Shown: positions 21,742 to 32,661, counted from the first letter of the stretch. The stretch: 64,000 nt of DNA from Clostridia bacterium (GCA_050950825.1 JBMNIH010000004.1:160001-224000), one strand, 5' to 3'. A program made the numbers and translations. The notes: generated by a model not told the origin, from the sequence alone.

Positions 21742-22665
21742 ATGGTTGAGGGACTTTATCAAGAAAGCATCGTAAAGATTGAAGAGGATCTTTTCAGTAT
21801 TCTTTTGGACTGCAATTTTTACGGAGAGTCCATCGTAACACCCATGCATAATCATCCTGTCTTTGAAGTTCATTTTATCCAATCGGGAGATTATAGGGTT
21901 GAAACGGACCGAGTTAAGAAAATTCTTAAGAACAATACCTGCTGCGTGATTAAACCGAATACTTACCACTGTGTCTACACATCCGAGGATAGCGGAATCA
22001 AGCATAATTTCCGTTTTTCCTGCACAGCGCCGAATCCCCAATTGGACAGGATTCTACGATCATCCAAATGGAAAGACGATTTAATTATATACGAAGGGGT
22101 CGAAGACGAAATAAGGCTGGTGCGGCTTACGATTGCCGAGCTGGAGGAGAAGCCTTACGGGTACCTTACTTCCGTTCACAATTTGCTGTCCCTGCTTTTA
22201 TTAACCGTTATCCGTAAGATCACGGATATCAAAAAGCCGGATTTCGGCAATTTCGAGGAAAAGAACAAATCCTCTCGTAACAGCGCATTAATCGACCGCT
22301 ATATCTATTTTAACTACACCAAAAATATCGGCTTGCCGGATATCGCAAGATACTTAAAAATCAGCGAAAGACAGGTAAACCGAATATTTATACAGCTTTA
22401 CGGGCTGACTTTTAAGAAAAAGATCGCCCAAATGCGGATTGTTACGGCAAAAAACATGCTTTTGCAATACCCGAATATTTCAATTACGGAGATTGCCCAA
22501 ACCGTGGGCTATAACGATCCGTATTACTTTAACGCCGTGTTTAAAAAATCCGTCGGTATGACGCCGGCCCAATTCCGAAAAAATGCGTTTGGAAATGAAG
22601 AAAAGGAAAGGATTTTTCCGCTTCCTCGGCATTGCCACCGTATTACGGATAAAGATAGAGAATAG
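21742..22665 (+). CDS. AraC-family regulator with N-terminal cupin
   Basis: MHNHPVFEVHF; C-terminal ITEIAQTVGYNDPYYFNAVFKKSVGMTPAQFR. Confidence 0.9.
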   Translation: MVEGLYQESIVKIEEDLFSILLDCNFYGESIVTPMHNHPVFEVHFIQSGDYRVETDRVKKILKNNTCCVIKPNTYHCVYTSEDSGIKHNFRFSCTAPNPQLDRILRSSKWKDDLIIYEGVEDEIRLVRLTIAELEEKPYGYLTSVHNLLSLLLLTVIRKITDIKKPDFGNFEEKNKSSRNSALIDRYIYFNYTKNIGLPDIARYLKISERQVNRIFIQLYGLTFKKKIAQMRIVTAKNMLLQYPNISITEIAQTVGYNDPYYFNAVFKKSVGMTPAQFRKNAFGNEEKERIFPLPRHCHRITDKDRE

Positions 22666-23025
22666 CAAGGGTCTATTCTTATCGACAAACGGTATTTATA
22701 AACAAAATACGGATGAAAACATAGGATAAAACCATGTAATGCCGGTATTTGGCGGAATACGACCTTTGACCTTTCCGCTTATCTAGTGTATAGTTCCAAC
22801 GTCTACATAGTATTTCTATACTTTTTCTTTCTAACGTATTTTTTTGTTTTTTTATTATTTTTCTTTCGGTTTAAATTTCCTAAAGGTCCAAGCCGATAAA
22901 ATCCGGTTTGGACCGAATTTTTTCTCCGTGATTGACTTAATTATTTTAAAATATTATGATATTGTCCGGTGTAACAGCACCGGTTATACGGCACAAAAAA
23001 ATATTTTAGAATCGGGAAACGATAA

Positions 23026-24141
23026 ATGGGTAATGAAAAAAGAATCTACCTTACTTCTCCTCACATGAGCGAAGAAGGATATGAAATGGAATATGTCAAG
23101 GAAGCCTTTGACACCAATTGGATCGCTCCGCTGGGAAAGAATATTGATGAATTCGAAAATGAAATCAAACAAAAAACGGGAACTCCCAACGCGGTGGCTT
23201 TAATCTCCGGAACGGCGGCGCTCCATATGGCCTTAAAGGTATGCGGGGTCGGTCCCGGAGACGTTGTCTTGTGTCCTAGCTTTACTTTTTCCGCAACCGC
23301 CAATCCGATCATTTACCAAGGTGCTTCTCCCGTATTTATTGACAGCGACATAAAATCGTGGAACATGGATCCGGTCGTTTTGGAAAAAGCCATAAAAGAA
23401 TATCGTCCGAAAGCGGTCATTGCGGTCCACTTGTACGGTTTGGCTGCGGAAATGGATGAAATTTTGCATCTATGCAAAAAACATCACGTAACCTTGATTG
23501 AGGATGCCGCCGAAAGCCTGGGCACCCTGTACAAGGGAATCCATACCGGCACCCTAGGCGACTTGGGTATATACAGCTTCAACGGTAACAAAATCATCAC
23601 CACTTCGGGAGGCGGCATGCTGATCGGAAAGGATCGGGAGCAAATCGAGAAGGTGCGTTTTTGGGCAACCCAGAGCAGAGACGAAGCGCCTTATTACCAG
23701 CACAGCGAATTGGGATTCAACTACCGTATGAGCAACATTATAGCCGGAATCGGCCGCGGGCAGCTTAAGGTGCTGGACCGACGGATTCAAAAGAAAAAAG
23801 AGATCTTTGAGTATTATAAAAAGCATCTTGCCGACCTGGACGGACTGGAAATGATGCCCGTAATCGATGGATGCAGCCCGAACTATTGGTTAAGCTGCAT
23901 TTATGTAACGGGTAAAATTCGCCCTTCGCATATTATAGAGGCGTTAGGAGAGAACAATATAGAAGCCCGCTACACGTGGAAGCCCATGCATTTGCAGCCT
24001 TATTTTTCGAAATACGAATTCATAGGGGAGGGCGTTTGCGAAAAAATCTTTGAAAACGGACTTTGCCTTCCTTCCGACACGAAATGCACGGAAGAAGATT
24101 TGGAACGCATCGTCCGTATTATACGAAGCTTATGGCGATAG
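23026..24141 (+). CDS. DegT/DnrJ/EryC1/StrS sugar aminotransferase (EpsN/PglE-like)
   Basis: SGTAALH, IEDAAESLG, SFNGNKIITTSGGG, WKPMHLQP, LCLPS. Confidence 0.92.
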   Translation: MGNEKRIYLTSPHMSEEGYEMEYVKEAFDTNWIAPLGKNIDEFENEIKQKTGTPNAVALISGTAALHMALKVCGVGPGDVVLCPSFTFSATANPIIYQGASPVFIDSDIKSWNMDPVVLEKAIKEYRPKAVIAVHLYGLAAEMDEILHLCKKHHVTLIEDAAESLGTLYKGIHTGTLGDLGIYSFNGNKIITTSGGGMLIGKDREQIEKVRFWATQSRDEAPYYQHSELGFNYRMSNIIAGIGRGQLKVLDRRIQKKKEIFEYYKKHLADLDGLEMMPVIDGCSPNYWLSCIYVTGKIRPSHIIEALGENNIEARYTWKPMHLQPYFSKYEFIGEGVCEKIFENGLCLPSDTKCTEEDLERIVRIIRSLWR

Positions 24142-24165
24142 GTACCTTTGAAAAAAACAATCCTT

Positions 24166-26122
24166 GATTCTACTGCAAAAACTCAAGTAAATCTATACAT
24201 TTTATGTACCTAGAAAATTTCATAAAAGGCTCTTAAAAAGCCTCGAAACACTTGAAAACACTAGACTTGAGACAGGTTTTATGGTAAAATAGATATGTTT
24301 CATTAATCCATATTTTGAATTTTCCGGAGATATATTTTATGTTCAGAGCAAACGATTCACATAAACAACAACCGATTTTCTCAAGTCTCGATTGGATGCA
24401 TGAAAAAGCACGCGAAAGATTTAAAAAATCTTGGGCACCTGTATTCTATGAACATGTATTTTGCCATATCAACGAAGAACCTTTTGCGAAATTGTACAGC
24501 AAGACAGGCAGACCGAATACACCTGTGAATATATTGCTGTCTTTGGAATATATCAAGTATATGAAAGATCTGAATGATCAAGATCTTTTGGATTCCCTAT
24601 ATCTTGATTATCAAACGACTTATGCCGTCGGAGGGAAAACGCTTGGCGAGATTTACATATCGGAAAGAACGCTGTATTACTTTCGGGAAAGAGTATATGA
24701 ATATTTGACGGAGCATCCCGAGGACGAAAACCTCTTATTCGGTCAATTCATAGAGTTACTGAGGAATTTTGCGAAACTGACGGGAACCTCGCTCGACGAA
24801 CAAAGAACCGATACGACCATGTTCGTAAGCAATATCAAGAAAGCGGGTCGATTGGCATTGGCTTACGACGTATTGGAGAAAGGGGTAAAAGCCATTCCGA
24901 AAGAACAAAGACCCGAATCAATGGGGAAGGTTCTTGAAAAGGATTTCAAAACCGAAATGCTGCATAAGGTAAGAACCGTCGATACGGAAAGCAGGCTTAC
25001 GACGCTTTTGTCTATGAGCGCGGAAGCTCTCAAGATATTGAAGGAACTGCCCGACAAGAAAGAATCGGACGAAGTTCGCATACTGGAACGGTTCATCAAA
25101 GAACAGTCGGAGACCGATGAAAACGGTAACCTTGTACCGAAGAAGAGCAAAGAAATCTCGTCCGATTCGCTTCAATCCGCCTATGACGAGGACGCCACCT
25201 ATCGAAAGAAAGGCAATAAAGGGCAAAGCGGCTATGTACTTGAGGTATCGGAAACCTGCTCGAAAGACAACAAAGTTCAATTGATTACCGATTACGCCGT
25301 TAAGCCCAACGTTGTAAGCGACAAAGAAATATTAAGCGGGCGAATCCGAAAGGTCAAAGAAAACACCGGATGTACCGACATGTACATAGACGGAGGTTTT
25401 CACTCGGAAGATGTATACAAAGCCGCGGAAGCCAATGATGTCCAAATCCATTTGACGGACATGTGCGGACGGAAGCCGTCGGACAAGATCTCGGTGAGTG
25501 AGTTTGAAATAAAAGAAGAAACGGGACTGATTGAAAAATGCCCTGCGGGTCATATGCCTTTCCGATCGGTTAGAGCGAAAGGACAATTGGTGGCATACTT
25601 CGAAAAAGATGTTTGTCTGCAATGCGAGCATTTTAACAGATGCTACAGCAAACAACAAAGCAAAAACAGTGTGGTGAGAATCAGCGAAAAAGCCGTCGAA
25701 TCCGCAAAGAAACGAGTAGAAATAGCCACTTGCAGGAAGGAAAACGTTAGTAAGAGAGCGGGAATCGAAGGAACCGTTTCGGCGTTGAAACGCACAGGAC
25801 TGAATAATATGAAGGTACGCGGTTTGATTAAATCAACCGTTGTATGCGGATTCTTATCAATGGCGCAGAACATAAAACGAGTTATCAAATTTTTGCAAGG
25901 CGGATATGCAAAAGTAACAACTTGACAAACAAAAGGGATTATTGTGCCTTTTATTAGGCAAAAGGTAAAAAACATATGAAAACTACCTCGATTTGATATC
26001 GAATCGAGGTAGCTGATACCCAAATTCGGGACGTTTATCGCAATTGAATACCATAAATTGGATTTTATTATGTCATTAGTGTAATTTTACGAGCGTAAGA
26101 ATGATCTTTTTGCAGTAGAATC
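24166..26122 (+). mobile_element. IS1182/IS5-like insertion sequence, copy 1 (1957 bp)
   Basis: Terminal IRs GATTCTACTGCAAAAA / TTTTTGCAGTAGAATC; flanking direct repeat ATCCTT (24160-24165, 26123-26128). Confidence 0.9.
24339..25925 (+). CDS. DDE transposase (IS1182/IS5-like)
   Basis: GRPNTP N-terminus, RTDTT, DEDATYRKK, IDGGF, CPAG/CLQC, KRAGIEGTVS. Confidence 0.9.
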   Translation: MFRANDSHKQQPIFSSLDWMHEKARERFKKSWAPVFYEHVFCHINEEPFAKLYSKTGRPNTPVNILLSLEYIKYMKDLNDQDLLDSLYLDYQTTYAVGGKTLGEIYISERTLYYFRERVYEYLTEHPEDENLLFGQFIELLRNFAKLTGTSLDEQRTDTTMFVSNIKKAGRLALAYDVLEKGVKAIPKEQRPESMGKVLEKDFKTEMLHKVRTVDTESRLTTLLSMSAEALKILKELPDKKESDEVRILERFIKEQSETDENGNLVPKKSKEISSDSLQSAYDEDATYRKKGNKGQSGYVLEVSETCSKDNKVQLITDYAVKPNVVSDKEILSGRIRKVKENTGCTDMYIDGGFHSEDVYKAAEANDVQIHLTDMCGRKPSDKISVSEFEIKEETGLIEKCPAGHMPFRSVRAKGQLVAYFEKDVCLQCEHFNRCYSKQQSKNSVVRISEKAVESAKKRVEIATCRKENVSKRAGIEGTVSALKRTGLNNMKVRGLIKSTVVCGFLSMAQNIKRVIKFLQGGYAKVTT

Positions 26123-26307
26123 ATCCTTTGATTTTGAAGGGGTTGTTTTTTAGTTTATCGAAAAATAAACGATAAATATGGCGAAAAAGTTTACTTTTAA
26201 CGATATTGATAAGCATTGCGTAATGGATACATAAGTTATACAATATGAATGTGTTTTGTTAATCGAAAATATAGATGAACTTGCATCATTAGTTTAGGTG
26301 GAGGAAC

Positions 26308-28494
26308 TTGGGTTTTTTAATGAATAATTTGTTTGTTTCGTTAATATTAAACACTTTGCCTTACGCCGTATGGGTAAGCGACGAATACTCGAAGGTTATA
26401 TTAACGAACACGGTATTTAACGAATTGATCGGTGAAATCGCCGAGAATATTAAGGTCGACGACCTTTTATCCTATATCCATCCCGAAGATCTCGAAGGCT
26501 TTCGAAAAGTAAGGGATACGGCTCGCAATAATCGCGAAGCCTATCAATACGCTTTACGATTACAAAAACCCGGAGGTGGGTACGTTTGGTACCATGTTAC
26601 CGGGAATCCCATGCACAACTCGGAAGGATCTTTTTGCGGATACATCGGAACCTTTACCGAAATTCCGTTCTATGTACCGGATTTCATAGAAGAACTGTAT
26701 TTGGAAGATGTCATAAATACCGTTTTTAAGAACGGGGATATCGGTGTTCTTATAATCAACCGAGACGGATATATAACCGACTGCAGCAAGCACTGTGAAT
26801 CCATAACCGGACGGTCGAAAAACCAATTGTGCGGTCATCAATGGTTTCGGTTCATCCACCCGGAAGATACGGCCGGCGAAATGGAAAACTTGGCCGACCT
26901 GATGCATATGGAAAAAAACAGCTACAGTTCGGTGCGCCGATATATAAAGCCGGATCAGTCGATCGTATGGATTGGTATTTTAGCCTTTCATGTAAAACAG
27001 AAGGATGAAGAAAAAGACAATAAAATAGCGGCTCTTGTCATTAAAGATATTTCTCCTTACATAAAAACAGCGGTTCAAACCGGTACCTTGGAACGATTTT
27101 TATCCGTGTTATGGTCGGATGTGCCCGGTATGATTTATCGATGCAATCCGGATTGGTCGATGAATTACGTTTCGGAGGGGTGCCAAAGGCTCACCGGATA
27201 TAACCGAAAGCTTTTTCTTCAATTCCGTCACTACTATTTCAATACGGTGGTGAACGAAGAGTATCGCGAGTATCTTCAAAAACGAAGAGAAGAAGCTATT
27301 CGGAAAAAGACAAGGTTTAAAGAGGAATATATGATCACCGCCGCATCCGGAAAGCAAAAATGGGTATACGAGCAAGCTTACGGTGTTTTCAATACCGACG
27401 GAGAATTGATCTATATCGACGGTGCCGTATCCGATATTACCGAAATGAAACAAAAAGAATACGAGTATATAAAAAGGCAATATCGGGATCCTTTAACCGG
27501 ATTGAATAACCGTCGGTTTCTTGAAGCGGCAGGAAGAAACTTAGATCGAAACGGTATCCTTCCCGTAGCGGTAGTGGTTGTGAAAATTGACGGAATACAG
27601 ATGGTAAAAGAAACCTTCGGACATAAGATGAGCGATGCCTTGTTGGTTTCTTTGTCCCGTATGTTAACCGACAATTTAAAAGACAAAGATAAGGATGTTT
27701 TGGCCATAATCGGTGAAGACGAATTCTGCATTTTGATGCCGGAGGCAGGCAGCGGCCAAGTATCGGATTACATCCGGCATGTGCGTACCCAATTAAAAAA
27801 GAGTAGAGAAGAAATCTTCAGCAATACCAACTTGATTACCGTCTATTTCGGCTACGATATCAAGAAGCAAGCCGATGAAACCATTGCGTCCGCGATTCAA
27901 AAGGCTCGTAAGAATATGTATGACCCCGACACCGATCTTTGCGTCCATACATTCCCGAAGGTGGTAAGCCGCCACCAAACATTTTCGTTTCCAAAGGATC
28001 GGGGCTTTCGAATGGTTCGGTGGTGCCGAAAAGTCGGTCAAAGGTTAAATTTAGACCCGGCGGATATGAACCGATTGGAGCTGCTGGCTTTGATTCAGAA
28101 TATCGGTTTGGCGTTGGTGAGCTCCTATATATTGTATAAGGCGGATAGGCTAACTCAAACGGAATGGGAGATGATTAAAAAACATCCGGAAGCCGGATAC
28201 CGAATTGCATTGTCTTCCCCCGAGCTGTCCGATGTCGCCGAGGAGGTTTTGTATCACCACGAATGGTGGAACGGAGACGGTTATCCGAAAGGCTTGAAGG
28301 GAGAAGAAATTCCCCTTTTGTCCCGTATTATTGCCGTTATTGACGCCTTCGACGCCATGATCAGCGACAGACCTTACCGTCCGGCTTTAACCAAAGAAGA
28401 AGCGCTGGAGGAATTGCGGAAAAACGCCGGAATTCGATTTGATCCTCGAATTGTAAAAATCTTTTTTGAAGCGATTCAAGAAGAATCGGACTGA
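26308..28494 (+). CDS. PAS x3 - degenerate GGDEF - degenerate HD-GYP protein
   Basis: IHPED PAS motifs; DPLTGLNNRR then GEDEF; LIQNIG in place of HD; HHEWWNGDGYP retained. Confidence 0.88.
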   Translation: MGFLMNNLFVSLILNTLPYAVWVSDEYSKVILTNTVFNELIGEIAENIKVDDLLSYIHPEDLEGFRKVRDTARNNREAYQYALRLQKPGGGYVWYHVTGNPMHNSEGSFCGYIGTFTEIPFYVPDFIEELYLEDVINTVFKNGDIGVLIINRDGYITDCSKHCESITGRSKNQLCGHQWFRFIHPEDTAGEMENLADLMHMEKNSYSSVRRYIKPDQSIVWIGILAFHVKQKDEEKDNKIAALVIKDISPYIKTAVQTGTLERFLSVLWSDVPGMIYRCNPDWSMNYVSEGCQRLTGYNRKLFLQFRHYYFNTVVNEEYREYLQKRREEAIRKKTRFKEEYMITAASGKQKWVYEQAYGVFNTDGELIYIDGAVSDITEMKQKEYEYIKRQYRDPLTGLNNRRFLEAAGRNLDRNGILPVAVVVVKIDGIQMVKETFGHKMSDALLVSLSRMLTDNLKDKDKDVLAIIGEDEFCILMPEAGSGQVSDYIRHVRTQLKKSREEIFSNTNLITVYFGYDIKKQADETIASAIQKARKNMYDPDTDLCVHTFPKVVSRHQTFSFPKDRGFRMVRWCRKVGQRLNLDPADMNRLELLALIQNIGLALVSSYILYKADRLTQTEWEMIKKHPEAGYRIALSSPELSDVAEEVLYHHEWWNGDGYPKGLKGEEIPLLSRIIAVIDAFDAMISDRPYRPALTKEEALEELRKNAGIRFDPRIVKIFFEAIQEESD

Positions 28495-28497
28495 AGC

Positions 28498-29502
28498 TTA
28501 TTTTCTTCGATAGATGATTTCTTGCAAAGCTTTACGATTTTTATCCAAGTCCGGCTTCAAAACCGACATTCCGCGTATGATTTCCGGTTTGTAGCCTCCT
28601 TCAACGGGGATACGATAGGTTTCCGGTTTGGAAAAATCAACGCTGAGAGCCTTTCCCGCCAAACGGAGTATTTCCGTATTGGTCATATCCGTTGTGACCA
28701 TAGGAAGGATATTGTTTAAAAGGTCGATGACCTTGACAGGGTTCATTTTTACGACCTTGTCGTAAGCGGCGGTCAAGATTTTTCTTTGTCGTTCGGTACG
28801 TTCGTAATCGGAATTGCCGACGGCTCGCAATCGGGCATAAATTAAGGCCATCCGTCCGTCCATGTGAACGACCCCCGCCTTTTCATATCCTAAGTAGCGA
28901 GCTTCTCTTTCGTTGATCTCAATGTCAATTCCGCCTATACGATTGACGGCTTCTTCGAAGGCTTTAAAGTCCACCTCGATATTGCCGTCTACCGGTATAT
29001 GAAAATTTTTCTCAATGGTTTCTTTTAATAAGCGCATTCCTCCCAATTGGTAAGAAAGATTTAGACGATTATCTTTATATCCCGGAATTTGAACATACAA
29101 ATCGCGCATGAAGGAGGTCAGCGAAATGGTACGGTCTTTCGTGTTGATGGTCGCTAAAATCATGGCATCGGATCGTCCTTTTTCTTTTCTATTTCTGCTG
29201 TCTTGGCCGATTAACATGATGTTGATAATGTCTTTGTTTGAAAAAATCGTGTCGGATTCCGAAGCGGTGCTTTCATAGATTTTCTCTTTTGGAGTCGTAA
29301 GCCTAAGCTCCTGTTTTTTTTCTTCGGTAATTTTCGCCGCTGATTTTTCATCTCCCGGCAGAGGGGTGTTTTCCGCTTGCCTTGTTATGGGGTCCGGCCG
29401 ATTGATTTTATCTAATAAACTGAAAACAAAGCCTACGGTAAAAACGCTTAAAAGCAAAATCGCAAATACGATGATTTTGAAAATTTTAAAGGCTTTATTC
29501 AT
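28498..29502 (-). CDS. LCP (LytR-CpsA-Psr) family protein
   Basis: N-terminal TM; NIMLIGQD, RSDAMIL, SFMRDLYV, YARLR, DYERTERQR. Confidence 0.92.
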   Translation of the reverse strand: MNKAFKIFKIIVFAILLLSVFTVGFVFSLLDKINRPDPITRQAENTPLPGDEKSAAKITEEKKQELRLTTPKEKIYESTASESDTIFSNKDIINIMLIGQDSRNRKEKGRSDAMILATINTKDRTISLTSFMRDLYVQIPGYKDNRLNLSYQLGGMRLLKETIEKNFHIPVDGNIEVDFKAFEEAVNRIGGIDIEINEREARYLGYEKAGVVHMDGRMALIYARLRAVGNSDYERTERQRKILTAAYDKVVKMNPVKVIDLLNNILPMVTTDMTNTEILRLAGKALSVDFSKPETYRIPVEGGYKPEIIRGMSVLKPDLDKNRKALQEIIYRRK

Positions 29503-29725
29503 CCTGTGAGCATCTCCTTTGTCATCAACAGCTTTTATTAGTATGATGCTTTTCAAAAGAAAATATCAGGGGCGCTTTTTTGAAAAGAAAAAGAAAGGCA
29601 AAGAGAAAGATCGTGATAAAACGGATATTTTCATCGATTGATTAATCCGGTGAATGAACGGTTGACAACAAGAAAGCGGCTGTTTACAATGAAAAAAAGA
29701 TTGCATTGGAAAAATGAGGTGTGCC

Positions 29726-30076
29726 ATGATAAGAAGAGCGAATGAAAGAGTTACGGAAATTCGGGAGCAAATGCGGGGAGGAAAAGGAGCCGTCGAAATT
29801 TCTCCGCTGTTTGAAAAAGGGGAATACAAAGGCAAGGCCCGTTTAATTGCCCAAATTACGCTGAACCCCGGATGCTCCATCGGGGAACATGCTCATGAAG
29901 GGGAAGACGAAATTTATTTTTTCATAAGCGGAAAAGGTATTGTCAATGATAACGGTGTTATCCATGAGGTTACTGCCGGAGATTCCGTATTAACGGGGAA
30001 CGGTGCTTACCATTCCGTTGAAAATACCGGTGACGAACCTTTGGTATTAATGGCCGTTATTATTTTGTATGAATAG
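29726..30076 (+). CDS. Cupin domain protein
   Basis: SIGEHAHEGEDEIY...HSVENTG. Confidence 0.88.
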   Translation: MIRRANERVTEIREQMRGGKGAVEISPLFEKGEYKGKARLIAQITLNPGCSIGEHAHEGEDEIYFFISGKGIVNDNGVIHEVTAGDSVLTGNGAYHSVENTGDEPLVLMAVIILYE

Positions 30077-31184
30077 AGTGTTTGCGGACCCTGTTAAATC
30101 CCCACTCTGCCAGCATGTCATCTACGGACATGTTTCTCAGCTTGCAGAAGGAGTAGATGCGTCGGTATAAGCCGGTGTTGGCTTTAATATACACATTATC
30201 GGTGTCTCCGATTCGATGCTCGGCCAGTTCTTTTTTGAATTCTTCGGATTTCTTGTAGTATGTTGTTCGATGTCTACCCTTAATCTTTGTAAATCCGAAG
30301 AATTGAAAGAACTCGTCCATACTCATCTGTTCTCTTGATGCTCGGTTCGCGATGACATTGTATTCGGGAGGCTTGTGGGGACCGCGATTGGGGAAGTATA
30401 CGCGATTGTTGCCGTCGGAATATTTACGAAGAATTCGGATGATATCTTCATCGGTATCTTTCCCGTTCCTGCAAAAACCGTGGAACCCGTGTAATTGTAA
30501 ATACTCGTCTCGGGAAAGACCTAAACGGGTGCATCGATTGCTGACTTTCGAGCTTAAGTTCGGCGTGCCGTATGCGGCATAGGTTTTACCCATTACTTTT
30601 ACGGGTATTAAATCCTTTTTGATTTCCATGTCTTGAGGGCCTAACAGGTGATAATGGTGCTTTCTCAAAAAGGCGTCCAAGCTTTCCGGTAAACGGAAAA
30701 CCGTTTTGACGGCGAGTCCTTTTTTGATAAAAACACAAATGTTTTCGCCGTCATTGGCGATTCGAATATAAAGATCGTTTTTTCCGTATTCAAAACGGTC
30801 CGTCAAGACCATCTTTTTGATGGTTTCAATTTCATGGGGAAGGAGCCGGTTGTCTTGCCAATCGGTATTGGTTATTTTATTGACGATTTTTCTGCTGATT
30901 TCGGCACGGGTGACTCTAAAAATTTTTGCGAGATCCGCCCCGCTGAATTGATATTGATCGATGAGCAATTTGGCCGTTTCCGAATCGAAATTTTTTGATC
31001 CGGATCCGGTTTTTTCTTTGACGTAGATGAACCCGTTGTTTTTGAGAAATTCGCTGATGGATAAACGGTTTTTTAATGCCGCTTCTCTTAAGTAGCTGTA
31101 CTCCAAAGGATGGTCCTTATAGATATTGGTAATGCGACGGTCAGGATACATTTTTCTCAATTTCGCCAAAATATATTGCTCCAT
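30060..31184 (-). CDS. Hypothetical basic protein with four internal repeats and an HTH-like segment
   Basis: Four S-x-x-[ED]-hydrophobic...GF motifs; GADLAKIFRVTRAEISR; AAAGGGG RBS. Confidence 0.7.
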   Translation of the reverse strand: MEQYILAKLRKMYPDRRITNIYKDHPLEYSYLREAALKNRLSISEFLKNNGFIYVKEKTGSGSKNFDSETAKLLIDQYQFSGADLAKIFRVTRAEISRKIVNKITNTDWQDNRLLPHEIETIKKMVLTDRFEYGKNDLYIRIANDGENICVFIKKGLAVKTVFRLPESLDAFLRKHHYHLLGPQDMEIKKDLIPVKVMGKTYAAYGTPNLSSKVSNRCTRLGLSRDEYLQLHGFHGFCRNGKDTDEDIIRILRKYSDGNNRVYFPNRGPHKPPEYNVIANRASREQMSMDEFFQFFGFTKIKGRHRTTYYKKSEEFKKELAEHRIGDTDNVYIKANTGLYRRIYSFCKLRNMSVDDMLAEWGFNRVRKHSIHTK

Positions 31185-31323
31185 ATTCGTCCCCTTTCAA
31201 ATGAAATTGAAATATTGACGGTACTTGTATATTTCCACAAAGACACGGGAAAATCCTTTAAATAGCCTTGAAATTATAATATATGAAAAATAAAAAAATG
31301 GCTACCTCGGTAGCCTTATTTTT

Positions 31324-31929
31324 TTATCTTGGCAAAAGCCTCAATTCCATCCAGTCGATAGCGATCCAATCGTTCGGAGAAGTCCTTGACGTGTTCTCTA
31401 TGACAATTCGGTTGTTTCTTCTTATGTTAGGTATGTTAAAGGTTAATTCTCTCCAATTGTTAAACATCCCGTCGGCAGGGGAACCGTGGGGGAGAGACAA
31501 ACGGCCGTTGTGCACAACGCTTCCGTTAATGGTAATTCTTGCGGAATAAAGGTCCGTAGGCACATTATAGTGGTCGTCCAACACCATGCTGATGCCGAGA
31601 ACCGCCCTCATGTTGCCGGGAACGATTAAGAATGCAGGACTGTCAAATGTCCATGCACCGCGGTTTCCGGTATAGAGAATGTCTGCGTTTCTGCTCGGGT
31701 TCCCGTAGTTCGGGTAACCGGACATTTCTTTATATAAAACCAAAGTAACAACAGGCGGATTGTTGCTGAGTATGGGAGGAGGATCGGCTAGCGCTGCAGG
31801 AGTCATGCCGAAGGTACTTGCGGGCTGATCTCCTCTTTGAAGAAGCAAATCTCCTTCTTGACGTGAGCCTGTTTGACGTACGGGAAACTCCGGTATTTCG
31901 GGGTATCGACCCATTCTATCTTGCGTCAT
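31324..31929 (-). CDS. Hypothetical protein (Pro-rich N-terminus, beta-rich C-terminus)
   Basis: 201-aa ORF with AAGGAG RBS; hairpin GGCTAC/GTAGCC just downstream. Confidence 0.65.
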   Translation of the reverse strand: MTQDRMGRYPEIPEFPVRQTGSRQEGDLLLQRGDQPASTFGMTPAALADPPPILSNNPPVVTLVLYKEMSGYPNYGNPSRNADILYTGNRGAWTFDSPAFLIVPGNMRAVLGISMVLDDHYNVPTDLYSARITINGSVVHNGRLSLPHGSPADGMFNNWRELTFNIPNIRRNNRIVIENTSRTSPNDWIAIDWMELRLLPR

Positions 31930-32106
31930 ATATTTGATATCTCCTTCATCGATATATGGTATTTCTATATCATATTCACATGATTCTCCTTATGTTAACG
32001 GTGCAAAGACTTTGGCGGTATTTTTATGCACACCCTTTATTTTGGCTCTTGCCTATGGTATGATAAATTCAGGGTAGCATTTAAAGTGAAAGGATGGATA
32101 CAATCA

Positions 32107-32661
32107 ATGCCGAATCAGATAAAAGAAATCGCCGCCAGATTAAGAGAATTAAGAGACATTGCCGGCATATCAATTGAAGAGTTGGCAAAAGAATTTAACG
32201 TTCCGGTTGAAACGTATAAAGAATATGAAAGCGGAGAGGTGGATATACCGGTAGGGATACTGTATCGGGCAGCCGGATTATTTAACGTCGAGCTGACGGT
32301 TCTGCTTACCGGACAAGATCCTAAGCTGCATACCTATACGTTGGTTCGAAAAGGAAAGGGCGTCAATGTAGAACGCAGGAAAGCCTATAAATACCAAAGC
32401 CTTGCGTATAACTTCATCCGTAAAAAAGCCGAACCGTTTTTAGTAACGGTAGAACCCGACCCGGCGAACAAGCCGGTGGAATTTAACAGCCATCCCGGTC
32501 AAGAATTTAACTATTTGTTGGAAGGACGCATGATGATCTATCTGGACGGTTATGAGCTGGAATTGAACGAAGGAGATTCCTTGTACTTTGATTCCACGGT
32601 ACCTCACGGTATGAAGGCTCTTGACGGCAAACCGGCAAAATTCTTAGCGATCATATTTTAA
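32107..32661 (+). CDS. XRE-family regulator with cupin domain
   Basis: RLRELRDIAGISIEELA...YESG; NSHPGQEFNY...DSTVPHG. Confidence 0.9.
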   Translation: MPNQIKEIAARLRELRDIAGISIEELAKEFNVPVETYKEYESGEVDIPVGILYRAAGLFNVELTVLLTGQDPKLHTYTLVRKGKGVNVERRKAYKYQSLAYNFIRKKAEPFLVTVEPDPANKPVEFNSHPGQEFNYLLEGRMMIYLDGYELELNEGDSLYFDSTVPHGMKALDGKPAKFLAIIF

